This document shows positions 56,996 through 64,000 of a stretch of DNA of 64,000 nt, in pieces. Made by a program: the position numbers and the translations under genes. The first letter of the stretch is position 1, and each line of letters opens with the position of its first letter. Location: NCBI GenBank assembly GCA_031409275.1, contig JANNXA010000050.1:207682-271681 (forward strand). Direction: 5' to 3'. Under the pieces are notes generated by a model. It ran no database searches. It saw nothing but the letters and a program-made list of their open reading frames with translations, and was not told the origin of the DNA. Source of the stretch: Planctomycetota bacterium (GTDB lineage: Bacteria > Planctomycetota > B15-G4 > SIAN01).

Positions 56996-58072
56996 TCAGC
57001 TGCCGACCGCCTCGATGCGTTGGCGGATGTAGCTCGCGCGGGCGACGTCGCGCTCGTCGTCGGTGAGGACGCGGCCGGCGAGGAGCTGCACGTGAGCCGG
57101 CTGGCTCAGCACGAGGAGCTCGTTCACCGTCTTCAGCGCCGGCCGCGGCAGCAGTCCCACGCAGACGCCCAACCGCACGTGCGACAGCAGGTCGAGCGCT
57201 TCCTGCGAGGAGAGTCGGCGCGCGTGCGAAAGCACGCCGAAGGCCCGCCAGATGCGATCTTCGAGCCCTTTCCCAGCTTCCTGCGCGATGGTGCGCCGCA
57301 TGTCGCGCTCGTAGTCGACGAGCTTCGGCAGCACGCGATTCATGTCGGCCAGCAGCTTGTCGACGCTGCGGCCGAGCGTGACCTGGTTGCTGACCTGGAA
57401 GAAGTCGCCGAGGTAGGAAGTGCCCTCGCCGTAGAAGCCGCGCACGGCGAGCTTCATCCCCGACGCGGCGTCGAAGACCTTGTCGATCTCCTTCGAGTGG
57501 ACGAGCGCCGGCAGGTGCAGCATCACGGAGATGCGCAGTCCCGTGCCGACGTTGGTCGGGCACGACGTGAGGTAGCCGAATCGCGGGTGGTAGGCGTAGC
57601 TGACCCGCTCGCTCACCAACTGGTCGACGTCGCGCAGTTGCTCGAGCAGCGCATCGACGTTGCAGCCCGGACCGAGCGCCTGGAGGCGCAGATGGTCCTC
57701 TTCGTTGACCATGACGGAGACGTTGCGGCTGCGGCTGAAGAAGACGGAGCGCGGCCCGTCGAGCTCGCGCGCGAGGTCCTTGCTGATCAGGTGGCGCTCG
57801 AAGAGCAGCTCCGTATCGAGCGGGTCGAGGTCCGCCAGCCGCAGGTAGGCCTGATCGGTCGCCAGCGCCAGCGAGCTCAGCCGCTCGGCAAGGTGCGCCT
57901 CCACTTCCTTCGAGCGCTTCTCGTCGAGGCGGGCACGGAACGGGAAGCCGGCGACGTTGCGCGCGAGCCGAATGCGCGTCGTAACGACGATTTCGTGGTC
58001 GCGCCCGTCGCTGGCCATCCAGTTGCCGGCGGTGGCAGGCGCGGAAAACCAGTCGCGTGGGGTTTCAGCCAT
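56996..58072 (-). CDS. mcsB: Protein-arginine kinase McsB
   Basis: TRIRLARN, VMVNEEDHLRLQ, GYLTSCPTNVGTGLRISVMLHLP, QVSNQVTLG. Confidence 0.95.
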   Translation of the reverse strand: MAETPRDWFSAPATAGNWMASDGRDHEIVVTTRIRLARNVAGFPFRARLDEKRSKEVEAHLAERLSSLALATDQAYLRLADLDPLDTELLFERHLISKDLARELDGPRSVFFSRSRNVSVMVNEEDHLRLQALGPGCNVDALLEQLRDVDQLVSERVSYAYHPRFGYLTSCPTNVGTGLRISVMLHLPALVHSKEIDKVFDAASGMKLAVRGFYGEGTSYLGDFFQVSNQVTLGRSVDKLLADMNRVLPKLVDYERDMRRTIAQEAGKGLEDRIWRAFGVLSHARRLSSQEALDLLSHVRLGVCVGLLPRPALKTVNELLVLSQPAHVQLLAGRVLTDDERDVARASYIRQRIEAVGS

Positions 58073-58592
58073 CGAGCTGATTCCCCTGGGCGAGCTGATT
58101 CTCGAGCGTCTGGATGCGATCGCGCAGACGCGCCGCCTCCTCGTACTCCTCGCTCTTCACCACGCGCTGCAGGTCGCGGCGCAGGCGCTTCAGCTCCTGC
58201 GCGACGCCGTCCGACGCCGTCTTCTTGGCGCGCGCGGCGTCCGACTCGCCCACATGTTCCGAGGCGCCGTGGATGCGTTCGAGCAGCGGAACGACCCGCG
58301 CCTGGAACACCTCGTAGTCGTTCGCGCAGCCGAAGCGCCCCTTCGCCTTGAACTCCGCGAAGGTGATGCCGCACTCGGGGCATTGGCGGTCGCGCGTGCG
58401 CGCGACGGTGTTCGCCTTGTCGACCAGCTCCTTGAAGACCGCGAGCACCGTCGGCGCAGGCTGCGTCGGGACGCCGTGCCCTTTGGCGCACCCCTCGCAG
58501 AGGTGCAGCAACGCCTTGGCGCCTTCCGCGTCGATCTCGGTGACGTGGACCTTGGCGGCCTCTTTCTGGCAACGCTGGCAGTACTCGGTCAT
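58065..58592 (-). CDS. mcsA: McsB activator McsA
   Basis: CQRC, CEGC, CPEC, GRFGCANDY; UVR domain EEYEEAARLRDRI. Confidence 0.95.
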   Translation of the reverse strand: MTEYCQRCQKEAAKVHVTEIDAEGAKALLHLCEGCAKGHGVPTQPAPTVLAVFKELVDKANTVARTRDRQCPECGITFAEFKAKGRFGCANDYEVFQARVVPLLERIHGASEHVGESDAARAKKTASDGVAQELKRLRRDLQRVVKSEEYEEAARLRDRIQTLENQLAQGNQLDG

Positions 58593-58637
58593 GCGGCTCC
58601 TAGCTGGCTCGCGATTCTTGCCCTCGGGTCGGGTCGA

Positions 58638-60086
58638 TCAAGCACGACGCTGCGCGTGGTCGGCGACCAGCGCACAGAAGAGATCGCCGCGCTCGGTGAA
58701 GTTCCTGAACTGGTCGTAGGACGCGTAACCAGGGGAATAGAGGATCGTTTCGCCAGCGCTCGCCGCCGCGGCCGCCGCCTGGAACGCCGCGCGCAGATCG
58801 GGAAAAACCGCGTGCTGAAAATCGGGGCGCGCGGCGCGGTGGCGCCCCTCCTCGAGGCGGCGCGCGAGGCCCGGTCCCACCGCCCCATAGAGGTAGACCG
58901 AGCGACAATTCCGCACCATCGAATCGAGCAGTGGTTCCGGGTCGATGCCCTTGTCGTAACCACCTGCAATCAAATGAGTTGAGCCGGAATAGGCGCGCAG
59001 CGCGACGGCCACTGCCGGCGGCGAGGTCGAGACCGAATCGTCGACGAAGAGGACGCCCGCCACGCGCGCCACCTCGTTCAACCGGCGTGCAAGCGGCGGC
59101 GCCGCGAACCCGGCCGTCGCTGCGCGGGCAAACGGCACGTCGAAGAAAGTCGCCGCCGCGGCCGCCGCCATCAGGTTCTGACGGTTGTGAACGCCGCGCA
59201 GTTGCAGCGGCTCGAGGTCGACCGTCTCGTCCGCGCCGCCGTCGCGCTCGAACGTCGCGAAGCGCTCGGCCCGCAATTTCACGCCGCGTTCGCCCGGCTG
59301 AAAGGCCGACTCCTCGCCGTACCAGACCACCTTCGCGCGCGTGTCGCGACCGAACTGCTGCGCGACGAGATCGGCGCGCGGCAGCAATGCGATCTCGGCG
59401 CGGGTGAGGATCTGCCGCTTCGCCTCGGCATACGCCTCGAACGTGCCATGACGATCGAGGTGGTCGTGCGTGACGTTGGTCAGCACGGCGACGTCAGGAC
59501 CGAGCCCGATCTCGCCGAGGTGCTCGAGCTGAAAGGAACTCAGTTCGAGGACGACGGCGTCCGCCGCCTTCAACTCGCGCCAACGATCGAGCAACGAGCC
59601 GCCGAGGTTGCCGCCTCCTTCGACGCGCCGCCCGGCCGCCGCCAGCGTGCGCATCGCCAGCATCGTCGTCGTGCTCTTGCCGTTGGTGCCGGTGATGCCA
59701 AGCCATCGACATGGCAGCAGGCGTACCAGCAACGTGATCTCGCTCTCCACGGCTTTGCCCATCCGCGCGGCGGCGCGCAACGGCGGCGCGCTCCACGGCA
59801 CGGCGGGCGACGCGACGATCCAGTCGGCGGCCGCCACTTCCGCGTCGCTGGCGTGCTGTCCGAGGCAGTAGCGAATGGGCAGATCACGCAAGGAAGCCAG
59901 CGAAGTGGTCAATTCAGCAGCGTTGCGCGTGTCGGCGATCGTGACGTCCGCCCCCTCGCGAACCAGGTGGAGCGCCGCGCCAAGCCCGCCACCGAAGGTG
60001 CCCAGTCCAACCAAGAGCACTCGTTGACCGCGCAGATCGAGCGGCCGAAAGTCGCGCGGCAGTCGCGGCAGCAGCGGCACCGTCAC
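58638..60086 (-). CDS. murD: UDP-N-acetylmuramoyl-L-alanine--D-glutamate ligase
   Basis: GITGTNGKSTTT, LELSSFQL, DHLDRH, SPGYASYDQFRNFTERGDLF. Confidence 0.93.
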   Translation of the reverse strand: MTVPLLPRLPRDFRPLDLRGQRVLLVGLGTFGGGLGAALHLVREGADVTIADTRNAAELTTSLASLRDLPIRYCLGQHASDAEVAAADWIVASPAVPWSAPPLRAAARMGKAVESEITLLVRLLPCRWLGITGTNGKSTTTMLAMRTLAAAGRRVEGGGNLGGSLLDRWRELKAADAVVLELSSFQLEHLGEIGLGPDVAVLTNVTHDHLDRHGTFEAYAEAKRQILTRAEIALLPRADLVAQQFGRDTRAKVVWYGEESAFQPGERGVKLRAERFATFERDGGADETVDLEPLQLRGVHNRQNLMAAAAAATFFDVPFARAATAGFAAPPLARRLNEVARVAGVLFVDDSVSTSPPAVAVALRAYSGSTHLIAGGYDKGIDPEPLLDSMVRNCRSVYLYGAVGPGLARRLEEGRHRAARPDFQHAVFPDLRAAFQAAAAAASAGETILYSPGYASYDQFRNFTERGDLFCALVADHAQRRA

Positions 60087-60087
60087 G

Positions 60088-60486
60088 TCAGCGCGAGTCC
60101 TGGCGCAGCGCTTCCGCCCGATCGAGGAGCTCCGCGCGCGGAGTGGCGGCGCTCGCCGGCGGCAGCTCGACCGTCACCGTGTGGCGATCGACATGCGTAC
60201 GCGGATCGAGCAGCTCGCTGGCGAGGTCGATCGGGAAGTGCTGGTACCAAGGCGCATCGATCGATTCGAAGTGCGTCGCGGCCGGCTGTTCGCCGCCCCA
60301 AGCGTCGATGCGAAAGGTGCCGTAGTGAGTGAACGGGACGGTCACCGGCGCAACCCCGACGTCGCGGCCGTTGACGGCGATCCGCGCACCGGTCGGGTTC
60401 GAGTTGATCTCGAGGTAGCGCTCGACACAGCCGCTGCTGGCGAGCGCCACCCCCCACGCGAGCAGCGTTCGATGCGGGTTGCGCAT
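60088..60486 (-). CDS. PEGA-domain lipoprotein
   Basis: ALASSG|C, then VERYLEINSNPTGARIAVNGRDVGVAP. Confidence 0.8.
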   Translation of the reverse strand: MRNPHRTLLAWGVALASSGCVERYLEINSNPTGARIAVNGRDVGVAPVTVPFTHYGTFRIDAWGGEQPAATHFESIDAPWYQHFPIDLASELLDPRTHVDRHTVTVELPPASAATPRAELLDRAEALRQDSR

Positions 60487-60524
60487 GGGCTTCACTCGCA
60501 GCATCACCGACTCAGGACACGACA

Positions 60525-60619
<95 letters not shown>

Positions 60620-60672
60620 GCAGTCGTGTCGTCGTTCGTCTCTTCGGGCGTCACTGCTGGATGCACTCCGCG

Positions 60673-60760
60673 TGGCGGAGGGGGAGGGATTCGAACCCCC
60701 GGACCCTTGCGGGTCAACGGCTTTCAAGACCGTCGCATTCGACCGCTCTGCCACCCCTCC
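60673..60760 (-). tRNA. tRNA-Ser (TGA)
   Basis: GGAGGGGTGGCAGAGCGG...TCTTGAAAG..., variable arm, GGTTCGAATCC, CCA end. Confidence 0.96.
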
Positions 60761-60838
60761 AGTTTTTTGCACGTCGGCCGAGCCGTTCGCGACGCCGATT
60801 CGGCCGGCGCGACGACCCTGCTTCCAGCTCTCGTCGAC

Positions 60839-61255
60839 CTAGCTGCCCCCCTCCCGCTGCTTCTCGGTCGCGGCGGTCAGGACGTGGTCCTCGACCGCGA
60901 TCGGAGCGTTCTGCGCCACCGCCAACGCGATCGCGTCCGATGGCCGGCAATCGATCCGAACGGTGCGTCCGTCCTGATCGACGACGAGGTTGGCGAAGAA
61001 AGTGCTTTCGCGCAGGTCGTGAATCTCGACGCAGCGCAACTTGCCGCCAAGCTGCTCCATCGCGCTGCGCAGCAGGTCGTGGGTCAGCGGACGAGCTGGC
61101 ACCTGACCGTTGGCTTTGCGGTGGATTTCTGCTGCCTCGAAGAAGCCGATCACGATCGGAAACGCCCGGTTGCCCGCGCGTTCCTGAAGAAAGATGTACT
61201 GCTGATCGCTGTCCTCGCGGAAAACGATGCGCGACAGCCGACATTCGACGAGCAC
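60839..61255 (-). CDS. Bifunctional nuclease family protein (DUF151)
   Basis: [32 protein letters not shown]. Confidence 0.92.
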   Translation of the reverse strand: MLVECRLSRIVFREDSDQQYIFLQERAGNRAFPIVIGFFEAAEIHRKANGQVPARPLTHDLLRSAMEQLGGKLRCVEIHDLRESTFFANLVVDQDGRTVRIDCRPSDAIALAVAQNAPIAVEDHVLTAATEKQREGGS

Positions 61256-61320
61256 GATCTTGGCCCTCGTGGAAGCCGCGGCATTGTAGCGCCAGCTTCC
61301 ATCGTCTTCGGTGACTCCTC

Positions 61321-62364
61321 TTGAACGCCCCTCCGTTCCTCACGTTCCTGACGCGCGGCGGCCAGCGCGAGAGCCAGCACCGTGGTCACGTCGTGGTCGC
61401 CGGCGCCGATCGCCTCCATTTCTCGATCGGCAACCCCGAAGAGCGCGTCTTTCCGCGCTCCGCGCTGAAGCCGTTCCAGGCGCTGCCGCTCCTCGAGGAT
61501 GGTCTCGACCGCTCGCTGTCGCTCACCGACCGCGAGATCGCGCTGACCACCGCTTCTCATGGCGGCGACGAACTGCACGTTGCCGTGGCGCGGGAGCTGC
61601 TTCGCAAGGGCGACGTGCCGGAGAGCGCGCTGCTCTGCGGATGCCACGCGCCGATGGACGAGGCGGCCGCGCGTCGCCTCGTGCACGCCGGCGAACGGTA
61701 CGGCGTCCTCCACAACAACTGCTCCGGCAAGCACGCCGGAATGCTGATCCAGGCCCGGCACCTCGGGGCGCCGCTCGCGGGCTACATCGATCCGAACCAC
61801 CCGGTGCAGCAGCGCATCCGGGCGCGCATCGTCGATTTCTCCGGGGTTCCCGATCGTGCGATCGGCATCGCGGTCGACGGCTGCAGCGCACCGGCGTTCT
61901 CCTTGCCGCTCGCCGGCCTCGCTCGCTCGATGGCACGTTTCGCCGATCCGAGCGGCCTGCCGCCACCGGTCGCCAACGCGGCGCAGCGCCTCTTCGACGC
62001 CGCCATGGCGGAGCCCCACTACGTCTCGGGTCGCCGCCGTTTCGACCTCGCGGTCGCCAAGGTCAGCAGCGGCCGCGCCTTCTGCAAAATCGGCGCCGAA
62101 GGAGTGGTCGCGCTGGCACTGCGGCCGCCGCGACCCGGACTGCCAAGCCTCGGGATCGCCGTGAAAGTCGAGGACGGAAACGCGCGCGGCTATGCGTTGC
62201 CGGTGCTGGCGCTGCTGCGCTGGCTCGGATTCGATCCGCCCGCCGACAGCGCCGAGCTGCCGAGCGGGATGCTGCCGACGCAACGCAACTACGCCGGCCT
62301 CGAAGTCGGCAAGATCGAGGTGTCGGAGCTCTTCGCGCAGCTGCCTCCGTCGCCCTGGAGCTGA
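61321..62364 (+). CDS. Asparaginase II family (Rhizobium AnsA type)
   Basis: ESQHRG, RSALKPFQA, SHGG, NNCSGKHAG, DGCSAP, KIGAEG, KVEDG. Confidence 0.92.
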   Translation: MNAPPFLTFLTRGGQRESQHRGHVVVAGADRLHFSIGNPEERVFPRSALKPFQALPLLEDGLDRSLSLTDREIALTTASHGGDELHVAVARELLRKGDVPESALLCGCHAPMDEAAARRLVHAGERYGVLHNNCSGKHAGMLIQARHLGAPLAGYIDPNHPVQQRIRARIVDFSGVPDRAIGIAVDGCSAPAFSLPLAGLARSMARFADPSGLPPPVANAAQRLFDAAMAEPHYVSGRRRFDLAVAKVSSGRAFCKIGAEGVVALALRPPRPGLPSLGIAVKVEDGNARGYALPVLALLRWLGFDPPADSAELPSGMLPTQRNYAGLEVGKIEVSELFAQLPPSPWS

Positions 62365-62392
62365 ATCGGCTGCGCCTCGCTCAGGATGCCCC

Positions 62393-63265
62393 ATGACGAG
62401 CCACGGTGAGGTCCCGCTCGAACTCCGGAAGCTCCCGCACCGCTCGCCCACCTCGCACAAGGGGAACTACGGCCGACTGCTGATCATCGGCGGCTGCTAC
62501 GGCATGCACGGCGCACCCCTGCTGGCAGCGGCCGCCGCCTTTCGCAGCGGCGCCGGCCTGGTCACGATCGCGCTGCCGCGGTCGCTCTACACGGTCGCCG
62601 GTGGCGCCGAACTGCGCGCCACTTGGCTGCCGCTGCCCGACCACGATCACGGCCACCTCGGCCATGCTGCGCTGACCCCACTGCTGGCCGCTTGCGGGCG
62701 GGCGGACGTCGTCGCGCTCGGGCCGGGACTCGGGAGCGCGCCCGAAACCGTCGCCCTGGTGCGTGAGCTGGTGCCGCGAATCGAGCGCCCGTTGGTGCTC
62801 GATGCCGACGGGTTGAACGCCTTCGCCGGCGAACCTGCCCACCTCGCTGGCCACCGGCGCGTCACCATCGTGACTCCGCACGCCGGCGAATTGCGCCGCC
62901 TGACCGGCCAGGAACCGGGCGATTCCGATGAACCGCGGCGCCTCGCCGCCGTCGACCTTGCGATGCGCGCTGCCGCCACCGTCATCTTGAAGGGCCACCG
63001 CAGCGTCGTGAGCAACGGCATGGAAAGCCACTTCAACCCGACCGGCAATCCCGGCATGGCGACCGGCGGCTGCGGCGACGCGCTGACCGGATGCCTCGCG
63101 GCACTGCTGGCGATCCTTCCCGACGAGCTGCTCGTGGCACGCATCGGCGCGTTCGCGCACGGTCGCGCTGGCGACCTCGCCGCCGCGGAGTTCGGCGAGA
63201 TCGGGGTGACGGCGACCGATGTCATCGCGCATCTCCCGGCGGCGCTGGCGGCCCACCTCGCATGA
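62393..63265 (+). CDS. nnrD: ADP-dependent NAD(P)H-hydrate dehydratase
   Basis: SHKGNYG, GPGLG, VLDADGLN, TPHAGE, MATGGCGDALTG. Confidence 0.93.
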   Translation: MTSHGEVPLELRKLPHRSPTSHKGNYGRLLIIGGCYGMHGAPLLAAAAAFRSGAGLVTIALPRSLYTVAGGAELRATWLPLPDHDHGHLGHAALTPLLAACGRADVVALGPGLGSAPETVALVRELVPRIERPLVLDADGLNAFAGEPAHLAGHRRVTIVTPHAGELRRLTGQEPGDSDEPRRLAAVDLAMRAAATVILKGHRSVVSNGMESHFNPTGNPGMATGGCGDALTGCLAALLAILPDELLVARIGAFAHGRAGDLAAAEFGEIGVTATDVIAHLPAALAAHLA

Positions 63266-64000
63266 GTCGCGCCCCTCGCGCACGACGGGCGCTGCTCGCC
63301 GTCTGGAGCGCGAGCGCGATGGCGCTGCCGACGCCGGCACAGTCGTCCGCGCCGGCGGCGAACGGCGACCTCGCGGCCCTGTCGAGCGACGACGCCGTCG
63401 CCGTCGAGCGCGCGCGTCGCCGCCTCTATTTCGACCGCGCCATCGACTCGCTCGCGCAGCGGCCGACGTCCGAGGACGATGGCGCCTGGCGCGCCCGCCT
63501 GGAACTCCTGCTCGCGCTCGATCCGGCGGCGGCGCAACCACTCGCGATCGCGCGTTGCACCGACGCCGATCCGAACGTGCGCGCGGTCGCTGCAGCCGTC
63601 CTCGCGCGCAGCCCGTCGGGATGGCCGAACGCGCCCGTCGCCGCGCTCCTCGCGGATCGCGACTGCAACGTCGCGCAGACGCTCCTGGATGGACTGGAAG
63701 CGATCACGCTGCCGATGCGGCGCCGATTCGCGGCCCAGTTCGCGGACGCGCTGCGGGAGTTGGCGAACGGCGCCGATCCGGCGCTGCGCCTCCAGGCGCT
63801 CGAGCTGCGGGCCTCCGATGACCACGACGCGACGGGTCGCGAACTCGTCGCCCTCGTGCCGCGACTGCCCGAAGCGCTGCGCAACCATCTCGGCGAACGA
63901 GTGGCCACCCTGGCGCCGACCTGGGACGAGCCGACGTTGCGCGCCTTCGCGGCGGCGTTCGCGCAGACCGCCGCCGCCGCCGCCGACACCGCCGCCGCCG
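63262..64000 (+). CDS. HEAT-repeat-like exported protein, 3'-truncated
   Basis: ATGA overlap with nnrD; open to the window end; CTDADPNVRAVAAAVL, LLADRDCNV, DPALRLQALE. Confidence 0.65.
   Translation, partial: MSRAPRARRALLAVWSASAMALPTPAQSSAPAANGDLAALSSDDAVAVERARRRLYFDRAIDSLAQRPTSEDDGAWRARLELLLALDPAAAQPLAIARCTDADPNVRAVAAAVLARSPSGWPNAPVAALLADRDCNVAQTLLDGLEAITLPMRRRFAAQFADALRELANGADPALRLQALELRASDDHDATGRELVALVPRLPEALRNHLGERVATLAPTWDEPTLRAFAAAFAQTAAAAADTAAA

Overview
High-GC (roughly 70% by eye) bacterial DNA, most likely from a Planctomycetota/PVC organism. This is inferred from the ClpC N-terminus [13 protein letters not shown]...[12 protein letters not shown] and an mcsA-mcsB-clpC operon with no ctsR in the window. 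About 52 kb (1-52721) is an almost complete flagellar supercluster in several blocks: (i) three TPR genes, a FleS/FleR-type sigma54 two-component pair, flgBC-fliEFGHIJ, a flbB/motE-like gene and fliLMN; (ii) fliK-flgDE, an unknown ORF, two glycosyltransferases and flgFGAHIJNKL; (iii) flgM; (iv) fliOPQR-flhBA, an unknown ORF, fliA and three unknown genes; (v) two minimal flagellins and fliDST. A 5 kb non-flagellar insert (MFS transporter, ECF sigma/ChrR-like anti-sigma, DUF4198, DUF4331) and a highly structured tandem repeat interrupt the cluster. The right end is housekeeping: clpC, mcsB, mcsA, murD, two tRNA-Ser, DUF151, asparaginase II and nnrD. Most notable: no motAB, flhF/flhG or che genes in the window, and a FliM lacking the CheY-binding motif; several uncharacterised, translationally coupled accessory genes; a recurring GGAA-N5-TTCC palindrome upstream of flagellar transcription units; a variant sigma28 promoter; a domain shared by FlgE and FlgK; a covarying 113-nt hairpin repeat; and a stand-alone Clp-N repeat between mcsB and clpC. 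All calls come from reading the sequence by eye; no searches were run.
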